A DNA stretch of 64,000 bases. It comes from Corallochytrium limacisporum Hawaii (lineage: Eukaryota > Protista > Pluriformea). The translations under genes were made by a program, and so were the position numbers. The stretch covers positions 66,050 to 130,049 of the forward strand of contig PDIP01000145.1 of NCBI GenBank assembly GCA_002811645.1, written 5' to 3'. Shown one piece after another: positions 45,800 to 59,202 of the stretch (position 1 is the stretch's first letter; each line of letters begins with the position of its first letter). The notes beneath the pieces are model-generated. The model worked only from the letters and a program-made list of their open reading frames with translations, was not told where the DNA came from and ran no database searches.

Positions 45800-48700
45800 C
45801 CTGGATGCCTCTCCTTAGGTGCGATGAAGAGTCCCGTTCTGGAGTCCTTTAGACAGCTTATCATCTGATACACTACCGGCACAATTATCAAAAGAGAACT
45901 TGAAAGCTAATGAAGAATGACACGAGGAGTGAGTGGAATTTGTGCAAATTTGTCTCCCTAATGGGACAAGACGAAGAGGACCGAGCGGACACCCGGAATC
46001 CCCGCATACGAAGCGAATATGCAATTTCCATGGTACTGCGTCCGAATCATTGCTCGAGGAGGAGAAAGAATTATGAGGTCAGGCGATGGACAGCAGTCCA
46101 TGAATTTCTCTGTCCTGGTACATTTTATATCGATATATTGTGCTCACTTTGGTATCAATTGCCCCAACTGACCTCGACCGTTCGAAGTTTTCCGAAGGCC
46201 CCTTCCCTTCTCCCACCGCTCGGGCACACCTTTCCCTCTCTCCTCTTCCCCCCACCCTCCCGGGGGCGGCAGAATTTCTCTATGTTTGCCGGGTTCCGCC
46301 GTACAATAATACCCAATTCATCAGTAGGTTCAATAGGTTCACTGCCCCCTCCCACAATCTGCGAGGGACACACCGTTCTTTTGTTCGTCGTTGGACACTG
46401 TATTTATGGATTTTCCCATTTATCTGAACACACACACACACACAAAGACAGACACAGAGGAGTGTGCATGGTGTGGATCATCTCACTTTTCGTCTTCCAT
46501 ATCTTCTGTGTTTCTGCTTCCTGCATGCAGACTTTGCTCTGCAACCCGATGAAAGCGGACGCCTTTCCTCAATGTCCTCTTCACTGATCCTTTGTCCGGC
46601 AGGGTATTGCCATTTCATCACACTGTCGTACACTGGCTGTTCTTGTCCCCCCCGTTTTCCCACCCCACTCATTGGTTTCTACTCTACTTCGTTGTCGTTT
46701 GGGCTTCTTTCCGAGGAGCAACTTACGTGTGCGTCTATATCCCGTGTGCTCCATATGCATGCGTTCATGATGGGCTTCCAAGGGAGCACGCGTAGCCCCC
46801 CCCCCCAACGTGCAGTTCTTTTGGTACCGACCGATGGCTACATAAGGGTGTTCGCGGTATCCAGACGGCCAGGACTGCCCAAAAGGTGTAGATGGATATA
46901 CGCTCGTTTCGCATTATCGGCCCTTCGTCAATCTTTTTTTCTTCCTCGTGCCTTTTGCATCGGAACCTGCAAATTCCTCCATCCTCACACTCCCCCCGCC
47001 CCAGGGGGGGGTGTGGAAGGAGTAGGAAAGAGAAGCAAACGGGGACCCGGAAGACTGCTATTTGTAGCCGCGCACACCACTTTCTTTCCTTTCCCGGCGA
47101 ACAATGGTGGAACGCGGATTTCGCCAGCAAACACAGGTCAGTTTGAATACTGAATGTACCGACCTGAACTCGGAATGAAATCACTTTACCGGTAAAGTTG
47201 CTGGGGGAATGAAAAAGGAATGGAAAAAAGGGGTTGGGGGGGGGGTTAATGGACCAAAAATTTTGGGTTCCCTCGATCCGAAGAACTTGCCTGCTGGCGG
47301 GGGCCAGTGCTGCACCAGGGCGGGCCGCCAGGTATAGAGAGAGAGTGAGAGAGAGAGAGAGAGAGACAACCGGGCCGTGAACCAGATAGGGCTGTGCCCC
47401 TCCCCCCCCCCTTTCCCCACGGGCCAATCTGGTGCAGTCGAGCCATTTTCTTTCCTTTTAAGGAGCAGGTAGAGTGGAATTTGGACACTGGCGAATGGCA
47501 CTTGTTCGGCTGCGGAGGTTGGTGTTTGTGCGTGTGTGTGTGTGTTTTGCGGCCCATCAAACGTACGCCCTTTGGTTGTGTGTTTGTTTTGCGTGTGTTT
47601 GCGTAGGCAAAGGCACAGACCTGCGCAAATCGCGGGTAAAGCGTGGCAGCGGTCCTCACCCCTTTGGCGCCTCGGTAAGTGTGACGACACAGCAGAGGAC
47701 GTCGTTGCAGAACACAGCAGATGGCAAAGGCATTTACCATGGTGGTTTGCCACTGCTGACATCTTGATAGGTATTCGTCACGTTAGACTCATTAATCTAC
47801 CCATTGCGATCGTTTTCTGACTCGTCTTTGCCTTTGCACATTCATTTCTAAACCGCGTATGGCCTGTCATCGAGCACTGGGGCAGTCCCTGCTTGTGCCA
47901 CCTGGACCTCATCCTTGATGATCCATCAATTTTGAAGGAATCGAAAATTGGAAAGAAAAAAAATTGTTCGACATGACTTTTGCAGAGTGAAAGATAAACG
48001 AATGCTTCTTCAAATGTTATGAGAGTGGGAGGAATGGTCACCCGTGATTGTTACCGCCTGGGATGATGTAACAGAGGGGGAGGGAGGGACAAAGAGCGGA
48101 GTGAAAGGATTGGGTAAACACAGAATTTGGAGGTGAGCACGGCCGGCGTGGGCTGGCCGGCCATGCGTTCTCTCCGAATATAACACTGAGAAACAAGAGA
48201 AAAACTTATGGAAAACGCATACCAGAAACACCCCCGCCACACACACACATACTGGCACAGACGCGTACATGTGCGTCGTGAACACGGCACCAAACGAAGC
48301 AAGAAGCGGTATCAGTACGGGTGGATAGTCTGTAGTTTGTCAGTGGCAAGCGAGTGAGAAAGACAGCACCTCAGAGTGTAGTGAGGAGTCTGAACCATGA
48401 TATGTGTGTCCTTGTGCGCGGGGTGTGTGTGTGTGTGTTCGTGTGCCTTGAGGAAAGGGGTGTGAACGCTGTGTGAGTATGAAAGTCGTTCCGAGCAGTG
48501 TGTTGTACGGAAAATTGGTATCGTTTCCGTTCCTGGAAATGACATAACGCTTGTTTAGAACGGCGGGTCCGTTCCGCAGGCGCCTGCCACCACTCTCTCT
48601 CTGTCTCTCTTTTTCCAAAACCCCCCCCCACACACACACACACACCCTTTTTCCTCTGGTCCCATTTTCCCCGTTCTTTTCTACCGGGCTTTTTCTCCCC

Positions 48701-49142
48701 GGGTCGCTGGGAGGTGGTGGGGGGGACTTGGTTACGCGGCACTGTGGGTTCCTTGACAAGAAATCCAACAAAAAATTGGTATTAGTGTCAATTGGTGAAA
48801 ATTTTCTTTATTTTTTTTTACTACACGGTCAGTAAAAAATGGGTCAAGTACTCTAAATATACAACCCTCGGTTCAATTCTTCGTCTCTGGAACCAGCCCA
48901 GAAATTTTCAATGTTCTCCCGCTCATCCACAATACCACCGGTGGTAAAATGCCTGGAGAGACCTTGAAGAAAAGACCGAAAGGGGAAATGTTAAAGGGGA
49001 AGGTGCCGGTGATGCAACAAACGAGCGTTGCGCACTGGTTAGTCGTCAGGCGCGAAACGTGTACACTTTCCGGGCTAGATGGACCGGCCATCAAGCCGCC
49101 TGGGTGTTCCATATCGTTTGGGGCTCTTGTCACTCTCAGCAT

Positions 49143-51880
49143 CTAGACAGAGGCAGAGTCAGAGACAGGATCGTCGCCACGACGAGAGCGTTTGTAGAAC
49201 AGAACCCCGAAGGTGAGAAGGGTGACAACTGCCACACCGCCAACAATGCTGCCTGTGAGAATCGCTACCTCCGATCCGCTTCCGCCACTAGACGGGTCTG
49301 TTGTGCCTGAACCCTGAGCTGAAGGGGAGGTGGTAGTCTTCGAGCTGGCGTGGGTTGTCATACTCGTGGTGGTATGCGAACCGGTGCCGGTTGAGGTGGC
49401 TGTACCGGTACTGGTGTTCGAGCTTGGGTCGGAAGTCGGGACGGAGGTGTTGGTGGAGATGGTGGTGTTGGTGGTCATGGAACTGGCTGTGGTAGTGACT
49501 GTAGTGGGTATTGCCGGGTTTGTGCACACGGGTTCAGCTTCACAGTTGCCTACTCCACACTCTACACAGACCTGGCCGCTAGTACCACTGCATTGGCAAC
49601 CACCAGTAACGCACTGTGCGCAGCTGTAGTCGTCCTTTGAATTAAAGCACAAACCGCCGGTGTACCAAGACGTCCATTGGTTTAGCTTGCACTTGGTTTC
49701 GCTACCGGAAGTTGTCTTCTTGCCCCACTCGAATGTCTTGCCAGGCTCAGCCTGGATGACAACGATGCCGTCCTTGTTGGTCAGGACAGCATTAGAAGCT
49801 TCATCGGAATCAGCAGTCGGCAGAGTNNNNNNNNNNNNNNNNNNNNNNNNNNNNNNNNNNNNNNNNNNNNNNNNNNNNNNNNNNNNNNNNNNNNNNNNNN
49901 NNNNNNNNNNNNNNNNNNNNNNNNNNNNNNNNNNNNNNNNNNNNNNNNNNNNNNNNNNNNNNNNNNNNNNNNNNNNNNNNNNNNNNNNNNNNNNNNNNNN
50001 NNNNNNNNNNNNNNNNNNNNNNNNNNNNNNNNNNNNNNNNNNNNNNNNNNNNNNNNNNNNNNNNNNNNNNNNNNNNNNNNNNNNNNNNNNNNNNNNNNNN
50101 NNNNNNNNNNNNNNNNNNNNNNNNNNNNNNNNNNNNNNNNNNNNNNNNNNNNNNNNNNNNNNNNNNNNNNNNNNNNNNNNNNNNNNNNNNNNNNNNNNNN
50201 NNNNNNNNNNNNNNNNNNNNNNNNNNNNNNNNNNNNNNNNNNNNNNNNNNNNNNNNNNNNNNNNNNNNNNNNNNNNNNNNNNNNNNNNNNNNNNNNNNNN
50301 NNNNNNNNNNNNNNNNNNNNNNNNNNNNNNNNNNNNNNNNNNNNNNNNNNNNNNNNNNNNNNNNNNNNNNNNNNNNNNNNNNNNNNNNNNNNNNNNNNNN
50401 NNNNNNNNNNNNNNNNNNNNNNNNNNNNNNNNNNNNNNNNNNNNNNNNNNNNNNNNNNNNNNNNNNNNNNNNNNNNNNNNNNNNNNNNNNNNNNNNNNNN
50501 NNNNNNNNNNNNNNNNNNNTAGCCGTTGTACTCTACTGTGGTGATGTAGGGCAGGAAGTTTGCGGCGGTTTCGAAGGTGTAGTTGTGCGGACCATAGTCA
50601 TTGTTGGACAGGCTGTTTGTCATGCCTAGTTCATCCATGGCTTTCCAGACGGCACCGTTTTGCATACCGGAGTATGTACCGGAGATGAAACCCTTACTGG
50701 ACCAGGTTTCAGACTCAGAAAAGCCCAGGAGATGCGTGGCCATGTCAATGCTGTAGCCAAGCTCAATTTTTGCATCGGCGACACTCAACTCAGCCATGTT
50801 TGGATGAGTGAAGGTATGGCTGTGCCACAGGAAACCATCGCGCCATTCCTCAGTGAGGGCCCCCTGTGCCAGGTCAAACGAGTCGAACCACGAGCCGTAG
50901 AAGGTCTCATTCATATACCATTTGTCTGGCCATGGGTTGGTATACTTATTCTTGTTATCACTGGGCATAGAGTAAGCGTCCACATCCATAGCGTACATGT
51001 CAAAGTAAGGACCAAACTCATAGTTGTTGGTCAGACCGTTGTACTTGGTGGCGATGCCGTTGATGCCGAGGGCGAATTTGATAGAGTCGCCGGTCTTATT
51101 GTTGTACTCGTCCTGCAGAGTCAGATGATAGCTAACGTTGTCTCTGGGCACGAGGTGATCAGAACTGAGGAAAAAGTCGTCCACCTGCGGGCTGATGGCA
51201 ACCTTGCGCGCACCCATGAAGACATTTTCCGTGACATATTGCAGGGCAATGTGCTGCAGGGTGATGCCACCAAGGGAGGTGTTTTCGCAAAGGGCGGTCA
51301 CGTACATAATATTGTTCGTGGTGTCTGCGAATGCAATGGTTGCGTTAGCGTCGCTTGCGAGGGTGGCAAAGGGAACCATATTAGGCACGCCATTGGGGAT
51401 GTAGTCAAAGAATAGCTCCGTGAAGTTCAGTGAGGTGCCACGGACGACAACGCCTTCAAGGATTTCGGTATCGTTGGTCTTTGGTACAGTAACCAGGTTT
51501 GGTTCAGACGTGACACCCTTCTTTTCAGAATCGTAGGGACCACCCCAGTTCATGGCTACCCATCGGGCACTATAGTTGTTCAGGTAAGTCATGATGATGC
51601 CAACATCATCATCAGAAACTGCGCCGTTGGTGATGACGCAATTGTACTTGCCGTCCTCTTGAACGTCAATAAGGGCGTCGTAGCTGACCTCGTCATAGAA
51701 GTCCATTCTCATACCGGTACCCTTGAAGAGAGCGAGACCTTCTACGTCTATGTTGTTGAAGACAGCACAACCAAGACCAGTCGGAAAGTAGAATTTAGTC
51801 GATGAATCAGCCAGGGCCACTGCAGATCCAAAGATCAGCACGGCCAAGAGGGCGGAGCTCAAATACTTGTGACCTTGCAT
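49143..51880 (-). CDS. Agd3-like (CE18-type) deacetylase, membrane-anchored, paralogue 2 (interrupted by assembly gap 49827-50519)
   Basis: Same signal peptide (ATG 51880), PQVDDFFL and SHTFTHPNM. After the gap come the same 10-Cys module, S/T stalk, TM and stop at 49143. The ORF track splits it (49781-51973 and 49143-49652) because of the gap length. Confidence 0.8.
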
Positions 51881-52000
51881 TGTTAAAGTTAAAGGTTCAT
51901 TATATTCTACTACAAGCAGATTTTTCAATCGATGCTTTTGGTTCTTTAACAGAGCTTGTGTGTTCGCGATCAAGAGAGTCTGACGTGTGTTCAGACGTAT

Positions 52001-52008
52001 CTTTTATA
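52001..52008 (-). promoter_or_regulatory. TATA box candidate (TATAAAAG) for deacetylase paralogue 2
   Basis: Same motif, 121 nt upstream of ATG 51880. Confidence 0.5.
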
Positions 52009-54520
52009 CCTGGATGCCTCTCCTTAGGTGCGATGAAGAGTCCCGTTCTGGAGTCCTTTAGATAGCTTACCATGTGATCGGTTGTCGGCACAAACAAAGA
52101 AAACTTCAAAACCAGTGTAGAATGACACGAAGAGTAAAAGTAGTTTGGGTTAATCTGTTTCCCAAAAGAGTCAAGAAGAAGATGACCAATCGGACACGGA
52201 AACCGAGCCTGCGAAGGGAATATACTATTTCCATGCTACGGCGTTCAAATCATCGCTCGAGCGAGAATGCAGTTTTAGGAGACCCCATGGTCAGCAGTTC
52301 ACGACTTTCCCTTTCCTGGTATATTTTATATGGATATATTGTGCTCATTTTGGTATCAATTCCCCCAACCCCCCCCACCCGTTCGAATTTCCGAATGCCC
52401 TGTGGTCGGCCACCCTTCCCCCTCCGCAACCCACCCGCCTTTCCCCCTTCCCCCCCCCTCCCCGGAGGGGGGAACTCTCCCCGTACAATTTGCCCCCAAT
52501 CTTCGCCGGGACACCCGGGGCCTCCCCGCCGTACATAACAACTGATCGGTGGGTGCTTCACTGCCTCTCTCCCGTCTTTTCGTCCTCTGAACACCTCGTT
52601 CATAGCAGAGCGGCGGACCCGGATTTACGTTTTTCCTCGTTTTCTGAGCACACAGACACCGACAGCGAGACGAGAGTGTGCACGGTGTCATCCTCTCAGT
52701 TTTCGTTCCCCTCGGCTGTGGTTGTTTCTACTTTCTGCATTCAGACTTTTGCTCTGCAGACCCGATGAAAGTAGTCACCTTTCCACAACGCTCTCTTTCC
52801 TCTATCCTTTGCCCACCTGGGGTCTAACATTTCATCACACTGTCGTGCACGGGCTATTCTTGTGCCCTGGCTTTCCCACCGCCCTGTGTACTTCCACTCT
52901 TCGACGCTGTCGTTTTCTCCGATTTGTGCCGTTCCGAGGAGAAACTTACGTGTGCGTTCGTGTCCCGTGTGCACTCGTTGACGATGTGCTCTCAAGGCAC
53001 CACGTTTAGCTCCCAATTGCGCTTCTTATGGTACCGACAGACAACTACACAAGGGTGTGCCCCTGTATCCAGACGGCCAGGACTGCCGAAAGGTTTGTAT
53101 ATATGCTGGTGTTCGCACTATGGGGTTGGCCGTTAAAATTTTTTCTTCTTGCCTTGCTTCATAATTTGCAAATTCGAAATCCTCCCCCGGGGGGGGGGGG
53201 AAGGGGGGACGAGGAAAGGCTGGTATTGGGAGCCGCACACACCACTTTCTTTCCTTTCCTGGCCAACAATGGTGTAAGCGGATGTTGCCGACAAACACAA
53301 GTCCATTTGTATACTCAATACACTGAACTGAATTCGATATGAATTCACCTCTCTATAAAGTTGCTGGGGAAATGGGTAGAAGCCAAAATTTGGGTTTCCT
53401 TCGCGATCGTCCAAAAACTTTGCCCTCTGGCGAGACAAGGGCACCAGGGCCGCGCCAGGTAGAAGGGCCGACCCGATTGGTGGCACACTAATCTGGTGCA
53501 GTCAACTCTTTTCTTTCCTTTTATGGAGCAGGTAGAGTGGAATTGGGTTAATGGCAAATGACACCGTTCGGCTGCCGGGGGGTGGTGTTTGTGGGTGTAT
53601 ATGTGTGTGCGCCCCCCTTCAACAGTGCGCCCATAGTGGTAGTTTTGCATGTTTCGGTTGGCATTGGTGTGTGTCAACCAGCGCGCATCGCCAGCGGTTC
53701 CCCGTCCCCTTTCCGCCTTTGGCGCACAAAGACAAGTTTGACGATTATCAGCTGAGGACGGCACAAAAGACCGCAGGTGGTAGCAAAGGAATCTCTGCTT
53801 CTGTGCGCCTTTACCATGATCACTTTACCATTACTGACATCTTGGGTGGTACATTCGTCACGGTAATTAATCTACCCATAGGGATCGCTTTCTGAAGGTT
53901 TTCTTTGCCTTTGGTCTTTGCGCGTTCATTCATAAATACATATGGCCTGTCATCGGGCACTGGGGCAGTCCCTGCGGGTGCCACCTGGTTCTTCATATTT
54001 GATGACCTGTCAATTTTGGGGAGTCAAGAATAAGAAAAAAAAATATTCGAAACGGCCTTTTGCATAAGGAAAGATTTTTGCGAGTGTGGTAAGAGTGTTA
54101 GATATGACCGCCTGTGGATATTTATACCGCCTGGGATGATGTAACGAACGGCGGGGACGCAAGAGTGGAATGAAAAAGACTGGGTAACGGGGAATTTGGA
54201 CGTGAGCACGGCCAGCGTGGCCTCGCCGGCCGTGCGCTACTCTACGAATACAACAACACTCATAAACAAGAGAGACAAACCTATGGAAAACGCATACCAC
54301 ACCCACACCTCGTACACCCGCACAGACGCGTACATACGCGTCGTGAACCACGTCCCCAAACAACGCAAAGGAAGAGCAGTTTCTGTACGGCTCGATAGAC
54401 AGTAGTCTGTCAGTGGCCAGGGAGTGGACAGTCAGCACCGCAAACCTCCGCGAGGAGTTTGTGGGTGAGGAGTGTGGATGTTTGTGTTTGTTGTGTGTTT
54501 ACCTAGGAGAAGGAAGGACG

Positions 54521-54522
<2 letters not shown>

Positions 54523-54572
<50 letters not shown>

Positions 54573-54588
54573 ACGCATGCAATTGTGA
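54523..54588 (+). repeat. (GT)n microsatellite
   Basis: Directly visible. Confidence 0.95.
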
Positions 54589-56749
54589 GTTTTTTTTGTG
54601 CTGTGTGTATGTAAATTGGTATCGATCCCTTCCTGGAAATCAAATAAAAGTTTTTTGGAATGGTAATTGAGGATGTGACCACACTTGGCCGCTTACCTCA
54701 TCAATTGCCTATTTGGACGCTGTGAAGTCTATGATGGGATGTCTTTCGAAGTGAATTGCATGTCCTTAGCCATGGCTAAAAACCCAAATCCAGTGATGAT
54801 GTTAGAAGAGATGGAAAGCGGAACCAATGATCCCCGCAGAGTGGTTCACGGAGTGGTAGTAGTGTTTCCCGGAGTTCTCAAGAGCAATCCAACTTTGATG
54901 ATGAATGCGGTGTCCGACAGCCCGGGAAAAACAGGCGCGACAGTGGCCCAATGGGCCAAAGAGGCAAAAGAATTTACAAAACGGCACAAAGCGCTAAGAA
55001 TTACACATTTTGCCGTATGTAAACATACGCGCACCCCACGGCCACCTTTCAACAGAAATACTGCAGAGGCGTGTGTGTGTGTGCGGGGTGTCCCTTCGGT
55101 TTTTTTTTTTTCCACCGCGCAGGTTTTTTTCTGTCCGTTCTCCCTATTTCTTGTTCATTTCTCCCCTTTTCCTAATTTTTGTTTTGTTAGGCCCCACTTC
55201 TCCATTACGGGTGTACTGGAGCTACTGTGCTGCGGTGGGAGGAGGGGAGAATGGGAGGGGTAGTTAGTAGCGCCTTGCCGTGGTCCACACCCNNNNNNNN
55301 NNNNNNNNNNNNNNNNNNNNNNNNNNNNNNNNNNNNNNNNNNNNNNNNNNNNNNNNNNNNNNNNNNNNNNNNNNNNNNNNNNNNNNNNNNNNNNNNNNNN
55401 NNNNNNNNNNNNNNNNNNNNNNNNNNNNNNNNNNNNNNNNNNNNNNNNNNNNNNNNNNNNNNNNNNNNNNNNNNNNNNNNNNNNNNNNNNNNNNNNNNNN
55501 NNNNNNNNNNNNNNNNNNNNNNNNNNNNNNNNNNNNNNNNNNNNNNNNNNNNNNNNNNNNNCCGTCGGCCTTCCCGCTCCCCTTCCCTCCCCCCCCCCCT
55601 TCGCTGGCGCGCTCCGAACCATTTTAGGCTAGAGTGTTTACTTTTTTGGGCAGCAGGGAGGGTTCCACTTTGCAGGAAATCCAACAACAAAAAGAGGCGC
55701 GCTACACTATCGCACCGACGCTGGGGACCAGAAGCGGGTGAGGAAGGAGAGGGGGGGGTGTCGGGCACCGGCACCTGCGGAAGACCCGGCCGTCCCCGTC
55801 ACCCACCCACAGAGCGAGGTGAAGGAAGGGGAGCCGCGAGGATTTGATTGCCTGATTACCTACTTTTTAACCAGGAAACTGACGGGAAGTGCTGCGCATC
55901 AGCGGGCATCCACTCTCCAGGCAAGGAATAGAACACATATAGTAAATCTTCCTGTTGGCCACAATTGCATCATACGGACCCATCTATTTTCAGAGATACC
56001 AAACTCAACTAAGCCACAGATCTGTTGGCATCCGGCGGATTCCTTCTGCGATCGTGCGAGCGTGCTCAATCGTATATTAAATCGACAGAACCGCGCGAAT
56101 TCCACTGATAAAATAGGTGCTCCATCTCAAATATGCCTTGCTTCCAACAGTTGCAATACACGGACCATGCCGATGCTCAGAGTCGAAATGGGCACCTTTG
56201 CTATTCTCATCATATGATCCTAAGCAGTACCCACCCTCGTGTTGATCGCACTATTGATATGATCGTCGTCTATGGTTTGCTACACCTCAACCGATTCTCA
56301 TTCCATAGCATATTCAAAGTTCTTGCAATCCACTTTCACTGGCCGAGTCGCACTAAACGGGTATCATTGAGCTCATCATTGCGAACTTTCTTAAGAGCAG
56401 CTGTCCCTGGAACAGCCCCCGCAAGGTTCTATATATATATATATAGATTATGTATGCAAAGTAGGGGTGTGGTGTGTGCGCGCCACATCACGCCTGTGCT
56501 CATTTCATCCACGAAAGTCTTCAGGCGCGGAGCGCTTGCTTTCCAATCGCGCGGATCAAACCCCGAGGCCGTCGCATATTCAAAAATTGCCCTGTTCTGT
56601 CATCGTGGATGTGTCTGTAATACTATCGTTGAGTGTGTGGCTGTTGATATTTGTGCCTGCTCCCCACCCACCAATGCACCAAATTTTTCGCTCTTGCAGA
56701 GCAATTCGCCTTCGAATTGGGAAGCAGCCAGCACCAAACAGGGAACTCG

Positions 56750-57950
56750 AAGCAGTGAAAGAGTACCGTCAACGGCATCCAGTTACCCAGAGCCATGGAT
56801 CACATCACATTCACATAGAGCAGAGAGGCTACTGAGGCACAGGTAACACATACTTCGCCCACCCAGAGCAAAGGTATCGCATGCGTCCCACCTACCCGCC
56901 GCGAACATTTCTATTTCGTCAGGCGGGTCACGGACGCAGTAAGTAAGGTCACCTCACGATGGTAGTACCGTGGTTCTCCAATACGTGTAACAAGTTCCCC
57001 TTGGTGTGCGGGGTCTTTTGTGTCTGTGTAGCAAAACCCGTACTCTTAGTTGATGTTTGAAAATGTTGTTCTTGTCTAAAAGTAGTTCCATCAAGACGAT
57101 ATCGCATTTTCAACGACTGCGAAGGACAAATGGCGGCAATGATTTTCTATGGAAACATGGAAATCTGGTGGTGAGCAATTGTCGCCGACACTGCATGTGG
57201 AGAGTATAGGTGTGTCTCTGTGCCCGTGTCAGTATGTTATTGTGTCGTGTTTGAATGATTCCATACCCTGCTCTCGCCTACAGCTTCTCGTATTTTCGGA
57301 ATTCAGGATTCAAGCGTTGCTGTGTCCTTTAAAGGGTAGCACTTCAGCGGAACTGGGAGGCCAGCTACTCATATTCTCACAAAATCCACGGCTCGTGAAT
57401 GTGAAGCATCACCTATCTTGGGTATCACCGTATTTCATTGACATTTCTTAGTACATTGGCTATGAAACGCTGGGGCGTGCGCTCTCTGTGGAGCCGGGAC
57501 ACAAATTGCAAATTGAGGACTGCGTCAGCATCTCCAGTATGTTGACTAAGAGCGCAATTTGCTGTGAGTTAGACCCTTCCTGTAGATGTGTTGATTACCA
57601 GGAACTTCCATACGGAACACCATGCCATGCATGATTCGAGAAACTTCCGGAGGTGACAACTGTTGGCATACTATGACCGCATAGATGAAGCACGGACCAT
57701 GACATGGACAACAATACCTTACAACTTCCAAGCTCAAGAGTCTAGGTTGATGACGATAAAACGCCTTCTTTTCCTATGGACAGTCATAGTCCCGGGCGCT
57801 CCGATGAACCTAATTTCCACAGGGCACACACGCGCACAGGAGGTTCGAGATCAGCCAAAAGGCTTGGGGCACGACCCTCTAAGGCTTACACGGTACCAGC
57901 GGGGACCTAATTACGAGCCCGGTCGGCCCTCCTCGAGCAGTGGTAGTTGA
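56750..57950 (-). mobile_element. Decayed Ty3/Gypsy RT(-RNaseH) relic
   Basis: Remnants in order: VEIRFIG (~57810), PPEVSRIMHGMVFRMEVPGNQHI (57590-57660, PxPxxxxI..LDxxxGYxQI), QFAICVP..HAPAF (~57470-57515, MPFGLxNAPxxF), VIPKIGD (~57420, YIDD). Confidence 0.35.
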
Positions 57951-59202
57951 TGGCCAGCAGCTAATGAATGTACTGGAAACACAAGGAGAAGCGATATTAT
58001 TCTTTTTTTTTGCTGAGCCTGCAGGAAATACGAGAGGGGAAAGTTTTCTAAAATTGTATCACCCGTCCCGCATACGTAACCAACCCGCCTTCGCTTCGTC
58101 ACCTTCCTGTCTAGTCACAGTGGGGAGACATGTGACACCCGTGAGTGCGGTTTACGGTGGTCGCATTCATGTGTATAGCCGTATAGAAACTGAAGTCGCC
58201 TTGGATATCCAAGGCAGTGATGTGGGTTGGTAAAATGCGTCCGCGCTCCTGTGTGGGTGCTTTCGTTGTTGATATGCCTCAATCCTGCCCATGCCCCGTA
58301 TTGGAGACGAGACGCTCGGTAGGGCCCGGTGAATTATATAACAGTGGGAACAAGGCTTCGATCGCGATAGTACCCACAGTGGATATATAATCTATGAACA
58401 TCCTCACGGCAAGGAAGCGGAGTTTAGAGACAGACACAGACAGACAGACCTAGTGTCATGTAACAACGGAGGAAAGCACCGTGCCAACAACACGCAGTGG
58501 CCCGCCCATCGGGCAGACTCCGAAGAGGCCACCGCGCCTACGGGCAAAGGAAACCTCACCTTTTTTTTGTTGGTTACTTGTTTTCTTCTTCTCCTTTTTT
58601 CTAGCGTGGCTATATCGGGCCCGATGGGTAAGGAATCATAGAAAAAAAAGGAGGGGGTTGGGTAAGAGAGAGAGAGGGAGGGAGGGAGGGGGTGTGTGGG
58701 GAACACGGCTTCGAGCGAATTTGCGATAGGAACGGTGAGTGTTGGGCTGAGAATGGTAAGAGAACGATGAAAAGGAGTATTGTTCAGGGCAGACTTCTCA
58801 TCACGCTCTGTCCACCTTGTATTCCACACCGCACGCTTCTTTTCACTTCGGACTAGTATGTTCGTCACGCACTCCCGCGCAATTTCCATCATCACCCATC
58901 ATCCTCCTGGCTTTCCTGCTTGATGCTGGCCCATGGGAATTCAATGACCACGAACTCTCATCATCATTCGTGTCATCATCATCATCTCAGTAGCAGCCGC
59001 ACCACTAGGAAATACGAACCTTAATGATTTACCTGGCTTTCTCATATTTTCTTTTCTCGAATATTTTAATGCAATTCACCTCTTTTCTGTTGGTAGTGGC
59101 CAGATGCCCGCCTTTACGAGTGAATGGCCCGCAGATTAGAGGGATATTCCGGCCAGTGGAACCTTAAGACCAAAATTTTGGTCGCTACCAGCCGCACTCA
59201 AA

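Larger units (their letters stand above)
42780..48540. repeat. Tandem duplication unit, copy A (deacetylase gene, 3' flank and ~2.9 kb upstream region)
   Basis: Colinear similarity to 48770-54640, e.g. ccagacggccaggactgcc at 46861/53069, ggagcaggtagagtggaatt at 47462/53525, aaattggtatcg..ttcctggaaat at 48512/54613. Boundaries are approximate. Confidence 0.85.
48770..54640. repeat. Tandem duplication unit, copy B
   Basis: See copy A. Confidence 0.85.

Noticed and set aside
45673-45891. 73-aa N-terminal extension of deacetylase 1 in the ORF track
   Set aside because: The near-identical paralogue has a 1-nt indel here, the region contains the TATA candidate, and the signal peptide starts at 45672.
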